Below, one piece after another: positions 24,161 to 33,584 of a DNA stretch of 64,000 nucleotides. Position 1 is the first letter of the stretch. Each line of letters starts with the position of its first letter. Source of the DNA: Leidyana gryllorum EB-2025a. Its lineage: Eukaryota; Protista; Apicomplexa. A program made the position numbers and the translations under genes. The notes beneath the pieces were generated by a model. The model ran no database searches, was not told where the DNA came from, and saw only the letters and a list, made by a program, of their open reading frames with translations. Location: positions 372,001-436,000 of the forward strand of contig JBLWGC010000213.1 of the NCBI GenBank assembly GCA_048772705.1, given 5' to 3'.

Positions 24161-25423
24161 ATGAGAAAGCGGTCGAGTTACCGCCCAAATCAACCGACCT
24201 ATGCCAATCATCTCTTCCGGTCAGAGGCAGACGAGGAGGAGCTCGAGGTTGATTTATCCGTGCTGCGAATTCGAGCCGCTTCAGGAGTAGCTGTTCGAGT
24301 GACTGCAGCTCCTCATCCTCGCTTCGAAAAACGAGCCATGTCTGCCACCACCACCACAATGCCTCCCCATAGTGACAAAGTGACTCGTCGATCTAATCTT
24401 TCCCCTCGGGTACCGATCGGTTTGCACCCGCAGTTTGTCCGACGCGCCTCCTCGGCGGCTGCCCTAGAGTTAGACAATTCACTCTCCCTTCGTTCAGAGC
24501 TCAATAAGAGGTCCTATTCCTACCAACGGGCGCGACACCCTCCCAATTTTTCGCCCATGACTAATACATCGCCTACACAGGCACCCACTGAGCCTCGTAT
24601 CGACTCAGCTCTCTCCAAATGGCTGTCCTTCTACGGCAACTCTTCGGATGTCTACTCTACCTCTGATTTACATATGATGCGGCGAGAATACTCACCATCG
24701 AACGAATTGTCGCCTCGACACTTGCACACAAATTGTCCTCTCAAGTTATTGGGAGAGTGGATCGCGGCGGCTGTGAAAGCCCACAATGTGACTGAAGCCA
24801 ATGCGGCTACCTTATGCACGGTAGACGCTGATGGCTACCCCACTGGAAGAGTGGTCTTGATAAAGCAAATTACTTCAGAAGGCCTCGAATTCTACACAAA
24901 CTATGACAGTAATAAGGCTAGGGAACTGGAGGCGGGGCAGAACAAGGCTTCGCTGTGTTTCTGGTGGCCAAGCTGCGAGCGGCAAGTGCGCTTGCGAGGG
25001 GTCTGCGCAAGGCTCTATCCTGAGCAATCTGATGCCTACTTCAGAGTGAGGCCAGTGGCCTCACAAGTTGGTGCATGGGCAAGCAGACAATCCAAAGTTG
25101 CCCTCGGGGGACGAAGCGAAATTGACACAGCGTACCAGGCCAAGACGAAAGAGTTTGAAGGTCAGATTGTGCCACGTCCACCTCATTGGGGCGGTTTTGT
25201 CTTACGAGTAGATCAAGCGGAATTCTGGCAGGGGCGTCCCAATCGTATGCATGATCGTGTGCTATTCCGATTGCGCTCACCCACTGCCCCAACTCCCGCG
25301 CTGAAGCCCAAATTGACACCACGATCTGGCTCTCGTAACGAATCCGACGACCTCAGCTTCGACGAGAATGGCTACGCAGTCCTTCCTGGGGGCCGATGGG
25401 AAGTTGCACGCTTGTATCCCTAG
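24161..25423 (+). CDS. pdxH: Pyridoxine/pyridoxamine 5'-phosphate oxidase with a long N-terminal extension
   Basis: 'EANAATLCTV..GYPTGRVVLIK', 'FYTNYDSNKA', 'ERQVR', 'SQVGAWASRQS', 'PRPPHWGG', 'EFWQGRPNRMHDR' and terminal 'RLYP'. Confidence 0.93.
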   Translation: MRKRSSYRPNQPTYANHLFRSEADEEELEVDLSVLRIRAASGVAVRVTAAPHPRFEKRAMSATTTTMPPHSDKVTRRSNLSPRVPIGLHPQFVRRASSAAALELDNSLSLRSELNKRSYSYQRARHPPNFSPMTNTSPTQAPTEPRIDSALSKWLSFYGNSSDVYSTSDLHMMRREYSPSNELSPRHLHTNCPLKLLGEWIAAAVKAHNVTEANAATLCTVDADGYPTGRVVLIKQITSEGLEFYTNYDSNKARELEAGQNKASLCFWWPSCERQVRLRGVCARLYPEQSDAYFRVRPVASQVGAWASRQSKVALGGRSEIDTAYQAKTKEFEGQIVPRPPHWGGFVLRVDQAEFWQGRPNRMHDRVLFRLRSPTAPTPALKPKLTPRSGSRNESDDLSFDENGYAVLPGGRWEVARLYP

Positions 25424-25698
25424 AGATGTGTGTGTTTGCAGCAGATGGGACTATCTGCAATTTCGTCATTTGCATTGTGGCCGACAGCGGGCCTGCGGGT
25501 GGTACCAGGTGCAGCAGTAGTGTGCCACACGTCTCCACACACGCGCGTTTTTTCACGCCACACCCGGCGCCAGCCCATACGTGCCAAAAAACGACCCCGT
25601 CTCGCACACCATTGGAGACGTCCACACCTCTCACCCTTTGGTCTTCACCACCGGAATTGCTTAGTCCCTCCGGCTGATCATTTCCTTGTCGCCACACA

Positions 25699-28311
25699 AT
25701 GGATCGAACCAAATCGCACCTGCTGACAACACAGGTAACCCCGCAGTATGGTTGATATTTCGCGTAGGTGGCCTCGGCTTCCATACTACTGTTGTGGTCG
25801 CAACTAACGGGACTTCTCACGCATCTCGAACAAGATGCCGGCCTGCCGGAAGATCGACACATGAAGGACGCGGTCACCAGCTATCGTGAAAGCCCGCTAT
25901 GTTTGTCTCAATCGGTCACGTCGTCTTCTGAAGCACCTGAACCAACTGCACACTCAGCTTTTCCCGCAGAGGCCGCTGCTCAGGGAGACTTATCCGCCTC
26001 AGAACGGCGTTCGGCATCTTTACAACGGTCTCTCCTCTCTGCCTTCCAGAAATTAGAGGCCAAAGTCACTGAGAAAACTCAGACCTCGTTGTCAGAAGAA
26101 GTCACACCGAATATCGACGGAAGTTCGCTGAAAGAACAACATGGTGAGGGGAGTGCATGGCATACATCGCGTGTTTCTGCCGTTATTGAGCTTCACATGA
26201 CATTGATCACTCCTCTCAGATGCTGGGGTGGTATCCGCCTTTCTAAAGTCGAACATTGTAGATCTGCTGATTGAGTTTCTCGACGAGCTGCGGGAGATTC
26301 AGCTTCCGTCCCCCACGTCCACTAAGAGCATGGCAGACGACTCCACACGCCACGAGACTCTGGAACTCTCTTCATCATCCACGGATCGAATGGTAGATCG
26401 GTCTGATTCAGATGCGAGTTCCGAAGACGAGAGTCGTTTGCCTCTTCTAGAAACAGTTGACTCGCGGCACTTGATCTCTCACATCTTCAACAGTTCACTA
26501 TTCAACTTCTGCTTGGACCGAATCGTTGAAGCTCGCAATCGCTTTCACGCGAAGGAGCTGTTGCGAGCTGAGTACCGACCACCGGTCCCGGGGCCGCCCA
26601 CTCTAGGACTTCAATGCTTCAGCGTCAATCCCACTACCAGTGTCACCAATGGTAGCGAGCCATCAACTGAAATTCAGGTACTTGTGACTGCGCTTCTCGG
26701 AATGATGGTCTATGCAGCACCCACCTAAGGCTACTGATAGTGATCAAGCCAAGCGAATCCAACGTCTCACTGAACTGAAGCGCATTCGAGAGACAGAGTT
26801 GCGCGATCAGGCGAAAGCAAAGAGAAACTTGAAAGTACAGGTTTCTGCCCATATGTCTCTCTTCAGAGCTTTGGCTGATTTGGCTTCTTTCCCAATCGAA
26901 GTCATCAATGATGTGGATAGTGACGACACTGATCGTCAAATTACGTCATCCACCGAGCTCAATGATACCGAAACCGACTCAAGCACTGTGGACAAGTCGC
27001 GCGATCCGCGCGCAACGTTCCATAGACTTCCGAGAATGTTGCGCGGACGCCGTCCACGTGTTGCTGTACCCAATGTTCCACCTGAGATAGCTGCAGTTTT
27101 GAAGAAGGAGAAGCTGCACGGACTACAGGTCAAGAGGGCTGTCGAAGCTGTGGTAGCCTTGAAAGCTGAGCAGCTGGATTTGATAGTGGCCAACCTATCA
27201 CTGGAGAATATGCTTCAGGTAAAGTGGAAAGTGAAGAGGAATTGACAGTTGTGATGCAGTTTGAGAGAATGGCTAAACAAGAGTCCATGCTGGCTCACAC
27301 ACGACAACTCTCACAACGTCCGTCGCACATTCTCCGACCGCCGACAATTCAAGAGTCACCTGCTGAAAGTGACTATGTTCCGTCGTCCCAAATGAGATGT
27401 CGGAATATAGGAATGGTGAGTGTAGGGCATTTGACACCTAAAGCCTATCTTAACAGTATAATCAATTGGATCCTTTGATCCCACCGCCCAGAGGTGTGTC
27501 CCCAATGCTGCGACCACTCCAATCGTCTCCTCATGTGACAGGGAGCGATTATCATGTTGTCAGCCGGCCAAACTTTGCAGCCCCTGGCGACGACATGGGG
27601 CCTTTGTCACCCCCCTACTGTCAATATAGTGTTGGCTCTGCACCCTATGCGACTGTGCGGAGGCCCCTACCCCCGGCGCGTTGGTCTCCCGAAATGTTGA
27701 GTTGTCACCGACGCGGAGTTGAAAGAGTCCCGAGCTTGCGATACCCGGCGACCGGGGCACCAAATCACGTGCACCCGATGGCGCCCTTCGCGAGCTTCGG
27801 CCAAGGTCCATTCACTCATAGACATGATGCTGACGGATTTGTACCGACGGAGGTCGATGCTTCATCTGAGTGTGATGGAACTCATTTGCCTATTTCACCC
27901 CGCTTGGACGGTGGACTGCACGTTTGTTATCCCCATCAGCACAGCCGTCCTCACGGGGGTCTAACAGGATCGGGAACAGGTTTCCGGCAAAGACCATTCA
28001 GCATCAACAGGTCCCGAAGCTTCATGACGTATCAGCATCCCGAGACCGCCCGAGAACTTTGTCAATCCATGAGTGTCATGATCAATGACGGAGGGGAACT
28101 GACGCCTTCACAGACAATAGTGGAGGATGAAATACATCGCGGCATGGAGGAACGGACTGAGACGAATCATTCCGCTCGGGGGAGCTTAGCGACCCCGTCG
28201 CGGAAGTCGAACAAGGGGGGAGCCCTGGCTGTTTCGTGGTCAAGTGTCAAGAAGACGTTCCTGAATGTGACACGTGGTGCGAAGCACAAAAAAGAAGAGC
28301 TTGGGGAGTAG
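25699..28311 (+). CDS. Hypothetical multi-exon protein
   Basis: ATG at 25699, a 33-nt intron at 25735..25767, then chained ORFs 25768..26274, 26228..26728, 26712..27245 and 27466..28311 with GT-AG junctions. No recognisable domain. Confidence 0.5.
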
Positions 28312-28934
28312 GTCTATTGCGCCCTGCTTGATGGCTGCCTCCTCAGTCTGCTTCTCACTCCTACCGTTGCAAATCCACGTCCTCACCTCTCTCAGAACTT
28401 GATCTGCCCAGTGCTTGCACACCAGTATCTTCACACACAGACACTCAGCAGAGGCCACATGTATTCTGGTTTATCCCATAAATAGTCCGTGTGCAGGTGG
28501 CCGACGATTGGGAGAAGCTCTTAGCACTCATGGTACCATCTGCTAACACATTGGCCAGACTAGTTTGCGTGGAGGGGTTAACTTTTATTTGACCATAAGT
28601 GGATCTCCAGCTCAGGGATGCTTCTTCTGATCTCTCTTGTCTCTCCAGCATGGTGCACACAACCCACAACAGAAGTTCAGATCTGACCTCTGGAGCTGAA
28701 CACCTTCATGTAACGTTGTTTTCGCATGAAATCTGGATTTATTGTTCGGTAGAATACAGAATGCTTGAAAAGCTCTGACGCAAAAAAGCACACCTACCAG
28801 CACTTGCCCCAATATGAAAGCACTAGTGACCTCCCCGGTGTTCCAGCTGGGGTCGCGCAGTGCGGTCTGTGGGGGGTGGTGGCGACGTCCGCCTGTACAC
28901 AGGAAGGTTGAGTACCGAGGAGTGTAGGGTGTAC

Positions 28935-30101
28935 TTACACAAAGACACTCCTCAACGGAGGAAATCCATTAAATTCGACAGCTGAGTAGCTCGCGGTGTA
29001 AGCACCCGTGGACAACCAATACAACCGGTCCCCCATGGCGACATTTAGCGGGAGGTTGTATTTGTGTTGTTCGTACATAATATCCGCCGAGTCGCAGGTG
29101 GGCCCGGCGATAATTACCTCCTCAACCTCTCCCGTCTTCTCCGTATAGATGGGGAACTTAATGGATTCATCAAGAGTTTCGATGAGACCAGAAAACTTGC
29201 CAACATCTGTGTAGACCCATCTTTCAACTGCCGTACGGCTTTTGCGTGCGACTAGCACAACTTCTGAGGCCAAAACACCTGCATCTGCAACTAATGATCG
29301 GCCAGGTTCCAGGATAATCTCGGGAAGGTCGGTACCAAAACTTTCAGTGAGGTACCGCGTGATCTCGGACGCATAGACCGACAGTTCATTGGTCCGCGTC
29401 ATGTAATTGGCGGGGAAGCCGCCGCCTAAGTTGATCATTTTCAAATGAATGCCATCCTCTTCGCGAAGACGTTCGAATATGACCTTCACTTTAGCTAGCG
29501 CTGCATCCCATGCACTAATTTCACGTTGTTGGGAGCCCACATGGAAGCTGACGCCATACGGAATCAGCCCCAATTCTCTAGCAAGAATCAGCAGATCCAT
29601 AGCCATATCAGGCTGGCAACCAAATTTGCGAGAAAGAGGCCAATCTGCAGTGCTCGACCCTTCGGTCAAAATCCTAACGTATATCTTGCTTCCTGGCGCA
29701 GCTTTGGCGATGTTGCGTACGTCAGCTTCCGAGTCGGTGGCGAAGAGTCGAACCCCTTTCTCGTAGAATGATCGGACATCTCGTGACTTTTTGATTGTGT
29801 TGCCGAACGAGAGGCGATCGGGGGATACTCCCGACTTGAGGACTTTCTCCAACTCGTAGATCGAGGCAATGTCGAAGTTGGAGCCCTTTTCCGCCAGCAT
29901 ATCAACGATTTCATTCGCTGGGTTTGCTTTGACGGCGTAGTAGATTTTGGCGAAGGGAAAGCCCTTGACTAAATCGTCATAGGCCTTTGAGATAGTTGAT
30001 AAGTCGACGACAAGTACCGGAGTCTCCTGGTCATCAGCGCAAGCTTTGATCTGCTTGAACACCTCAGGAGGGTAATAATCGGCAATTTTGGCGACCGACA
30101 T
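28935..30101 (-). CDS. speC: Ornithine (or lysine/ornithine) decarboxylase, fold type III, bacterial SpeC-like; intronless CDS
   Basis: YAVKAN (PLP lysine), FDIAS, FHVGSQ, GGGFP, EPGR, GPTCD and GAYT. Bacterial-style segments ADWPLSRKFGC and YSAVEFNGFPPL. 388 aa. Confidence 0.93.
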   Translation of the reverse strand: MSVAKIADYYPPEVFKQIKACADDQETPVLVVDLSTISKAYDDLVKGFPFAKIYYAVKANPANEIVDMLAEKGSNFDIASIYELEKVLKSGVSPDRLSFGNTIKKSRDVRSFYEKGVRLFATDSEADVRNIAKAAPGSKIYVRILTEGSSTADWPLSRKFGCQPDMAMDLLILARELGLIPYGVSFHVGSQQREISAWDAALAKVKVIFERLREEDGIHLKMINLGGGFPANYMTRTNELSVYASEITRYLTESFGTDLPEIILEPGRSLVADAGVLASEVVLVARKSRTAVERWVYTDVGKFSGLIETLDESIKFPIYTEKTGEVEEVIIAGPTCDSADIMYEQHKYNLPLNVAMGDRLYWLSTGAYTASYSAVEFNGFPPLRSVFV

Positions 30102-30115
30102 ATCCGAGAATCACC

Positions 30116-30160
30116 CTAACGAGAGGGAGTGGCCACACCGCTGTGTATGAGACTACTCAC
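30116..30160 (-). other. Putative 45-nt spliceosomal intron in the ODC 5' UTR
   Basis: The minus strand reads CAGG|GTGAGT...CTCCCTCTCGTTAG|, ending 14 nt before the ODC ATG. Size and donor match other introns in the window. Confidence 0.7.
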
Positions 30161-30372
30161 CCTGCCCTCCAACTTCGGACCTTTTCCGCCTACCTCGCCA
30201 CGAAAACTTTTTACTAATCTCTATTCACAGATCCTTATTGAGGGCCTAACATCGCACGGCCAGGATTTTTCAATTGAGGAAACACCCATTAGGAGATTCT
30301 AGCAGGGTTTGCTCTACACCAGAACCTCCAACCTGGAGTCGCCTTCGGATTGGTCACCTCCTTGCGGAAGTG

Positions 30373-32109
30373 TCAGATGTCGGAGCGTACTTCCATAGTA
30401 ACGGCCTCTTCGCTGTCAAAATCAATCATTGAACTATCCTTGCCATGCCCGAGGCCAATTTCGATGTCTAGGGGTCATTGGGGGGAGAATAAGGAAGTGG
30501 GGTAGGAGGAGGAGAAGCGTTGGGGGGGTAAGACTTGCCGCTGACGTCCACAGCCGTTCGCGCTCTACGTTGCTGGTCGGCCACAGTGGCGGGTAGGCAC
30601 AGCCCAGCACATTCTCCGGTTACGCCTCGCTGCAAAAAACATTGTCAGCATAGGATCGCGCTACGAGGAAGATGGGGGGGGAGCGATGGGACCCCCGTCG
30701 TGAATATCTCCATGCTCATGCTCGATTGGAAGGTGATCCACCGCCCCCGACATGCCTCGTCGTACAAAGCCAAACTCTGTCTTTCATGCCAGTGGTTCCA
30801 TTTCTACTTACCGCTGATAGCCATATAATCGAGTTGGACGCAACAACAGGAAGTACGCCGAGTGCTAGAACTACTTGCGGAGTCATCGGTCCCGGTGTGT
30901 CAACGATATGTACTACAGCCACTGAGCTGCTGGTGACCACGAAGAAGGCCACCAACCCCACAATGTCCCACGCGACACTTAGATAGAAGCTGCAAATCCG
31001 TCAATTGATCGAGACTGATTGCAACCCGTCTCACCGAGGTACAAGAAACATGATAATACAGTACAACAAGTTACCACCAGCGTAAAGTTGTAATACCCAG
31101 TGACCGTGGATAGACACGGCGGCCGCCATAGTGGCCAAAGTCAGACTCAATCCACTCAAGGTGAAGATATAGCCCAGGGGCCGGATGTTGTAGCGCACAT
31201 GCGCAAGCAAGAACCATATTATCCAGGTCTGTAGATTGCCAATAGCATTAGGCAGGCAGGCATCTATCGTGTGCTCACCGCGAACAAAACAGCAAGAGTT
31301 GCATAGATGTAGGGTGTGCCGGACCACGAGTGACCGTTGCTGATGCAGCCCATGGGGGTGGTCCAGCAGCGATTCATTGCATCAAATACGTTAGAGAAGG
31401 ACTGCACGGGTTTACGGCTGAGCAGGACATTGTCTTCCGCTACGCGACGGAAGTGCCATGTGAAAGTAGTCACAATTGTCATGCCTGTGCAGAATGCGGC
31501 ATCCAAGCCTGCGCGTGCGTGTGACACGAGTCCGATTGCGCACGCTGAGCTCACACACGATATGAGATAGAGGATCACTCAAAGCGGATGCAGTGAACCA
31601 TTTTTCAACATTCAGGAGCCATGGCACCCATACACAACAATACATTGCCAGTAATGGTACATGGGCTGCCAAATGGAGAGCATAGGCTCCGGGAATCGCA
31701 GATAAAAGGACGGTTAACGCGCAGACCTGGGCAGTACTTTCAGTAGACGGGTCTATCCAGCACTCACGTGTAATATAATTGCACTAACAGACGTTCGAGC
31801 GTGCGCAACAGCTCGAAGACGACGATTCTCAAGACTGGGACTTAGCATCCTGGCCGGATTGGTCCCATGATACTGCCAGTTGGGGGAGTCGGCACCTGGG
31901 CGGGGCACACTAGATAAAGAAGAAGATAAACGCTTCCGCGACTGACTGCGGATATAAGATCCCGCAGTAGTCCGCGAGTCAGGTGCCTGACTTGTAGGTT
32001 CGCTGGCAGCCGTAACCATCCCGAACGTCACGACACATTGCATAGGCGGAGGTTCATGAGAGGCTATCACCGGCTCAGTTTGAGGTCTAGGAACTTCCTC
32101 GTCGCTCAT
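30373..32109 (-). CDS. Orphan multipass membrane protein, multi-exon
   Basis: Hydrophobic exon ORFs 31264..31578, 31031..31327 and 30716..30961, with a polar N-terminus and a Pro-rich C-terminal exon ending 'EVRSDI*' at 30373. Some junctions are uncertain. Confidence 0.55.
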
Positions 32110-32238
32110 GGCGAATCAATTGACACCAAAGATGCAATTAAGGATTTCGCAGAGAAGTGAGATTACAAAGATTCAATCAACATCTATGAGCCAACCCCTG
32201 CATGCACCACCCCCCAAGTCTGGTCACTACGAAGTCCA

Positions 32239-33210
32239 ATGTTCTGTGGTTTCTTAAAGCTGGTGGGTGCAGTTATAGCACCCCAAATCGTTCTCGGTCA
32301 CGGCACACTCTACTGGCCGACTGCTCGGAATGTAGCCAAGAGTCACACTTGTCCAACGTGTCCTAACGGGCCCTCAGTTTGCGGATCGGGGGCTGGAGGG
32401 CAATGGCTGGCAGACGACACGGAGGCCACGAAGCTGAATGGCGACTACACTACGGCCTTGACCCAGATCCAAGCTGGTGGTACTGTAGAAATTCAAGCTT
32501 ACTTTTCGGCTGCTCACTTGGGTCTCTTCGTTATTGAATTATGTTCTAATCCAGGGAACGTTATCACTGACGACTGTTTCGTACGTCTACAGCGTGATCC
32601 GACGGATACCCGCTGGGGTCCTTATGTGGCTTCTACCCCCGACGTCTTCTACCTGCCGGATGACACCTGTACAACGTCTACCACGGCCACGAGCCCCCTG
32701 CGAGCGAGGTTCCTCATTCCCGAAAGTGCTGCGACCAGTCATGGCATCTTGAGGTGGCACTGGCAATCGGGCAATTCGTGTGATGCCCATCCCAACCAAT
32801 TCCGGAACTCTTTGGCCCCTGAGCTGAGTGCATGGACATCTAATCAGAATGGGCTGACTTGTCGTGCGGCCACTAGTGGGTTGCACATGTCATGCGGTAC
32901 CAACTGCCCGACGAAAGCGTGCAATGGCGAGCAGTTCCGCTCGTGTGCCGACGTCCATGTTGTAGCACCCGGTGGTTCCATTACGACCACGCAGCCACCG
33001 ACTGAGACTGTGGCGCCAGGAGGATCAACGACGATGAACGCCGCACACACTACGACCTGTCATCATGTGAGTACCACCACACCGTGTCCTCTGCATACCA
33101 CGGAGGATCATCATGGTGGACATGGTGGTGGTGATAGTTCTGACACTGACCCAACCGGGGGTTGTCATTGTCAAGCACGTCACGGTGCCCATGTATTTCA
33201 CCATGCTTAA
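32239..33210 (+). CDS. Secreted lytic polysaccharide monooxygenase (AA15/AA10-like) with a Thr linker and His/Cys-rich tail; intronless
   Basis: 20-aa signal peptide, then mature His1 'HGTLYWPTARN'. Second His in 'AAHLGLFVIELC', plus 'ILRWHWQSGNSC' and 'EQFRSCADV'. Confidence 0.85.
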   Translation: MFCGFLKLVGAVIAPQIVLGHGTLYWPTARNVAKSHTCPTCPNGPSVCGSGAGGQWLADDTEATKLNGDYTTALTQIQAGGTVEIQAYFSAAHLGLFVIELCSNPGNVITDDCFVRLQRDPTDTRWGPYVASTPDVFYLPDDTCTTSTTATSPLRARFLIPESAATSHGILRWHWQSGNSCDAHPNQFRNSLAPELSAWTSNQNGLTCRAATSGLHMSCGTNCPTKACNGEQFRSCADVHVVAPGGSITTTQPPTETVAPGGSTTMNAAHTTTCHHVSTTTPCPLHTTEDHHGGHGGGDSSDTDPTGGCHCQARHGAHVFHHA

Positions 33211-33304
33211 AAACAGAAACTACTAAGGACCACAGACAAACAGCTCAATCCTTCAGAAAAACCTCAGTCTTGGGTATAGCTGTGGACGTGACATCGACCT
33301 GCCC

Positions 33305-33562
33305 TCATCGCGCAGTGTATTGCAAAACTGGTATGGGATCAAGATATGGGCAGAAGCTGTTAATTGGGCGGCACGCTCACCTCGCTTGGTTCTCATCTTG
33401 TTCAATATACGAGCTCCACACGACCGGCATCTCACTGTGGCTGTAGTTTGTAGAGTGACTCGGTCACCACAGTCTGGAGGTGAATGATGGGTGGTATGGC
33501 TCATTCTACTCACCTGCGCATCGGTAGGCCACAACTTCTTGGTTTCGTTCAGTATCCCCCAT
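33305..33562 (-). CDS. RPB12: RNA polymerase I/II/III shared subunit RPB12 (3 exons)
   Basis: Spliced 'MGDTERNQEVVAYRCA|DCG...VRCRSCGARILNKMRTKR|VLQYTAR*', a zinc ribbon. Confidence 0.9.
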
Positions 33563-33584
33563 GGCTGAAACTTTTTTTTAGCGC

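Noticed and set aside
28935-30101. ODC as a bacterial contaminant or misassembly
   Set aside because: There are no neighbouring bacterial genes or operon, the base composition is similar to the flanks, and a canonical 5' intron is present. Disfavoured, but not excluded without reads.
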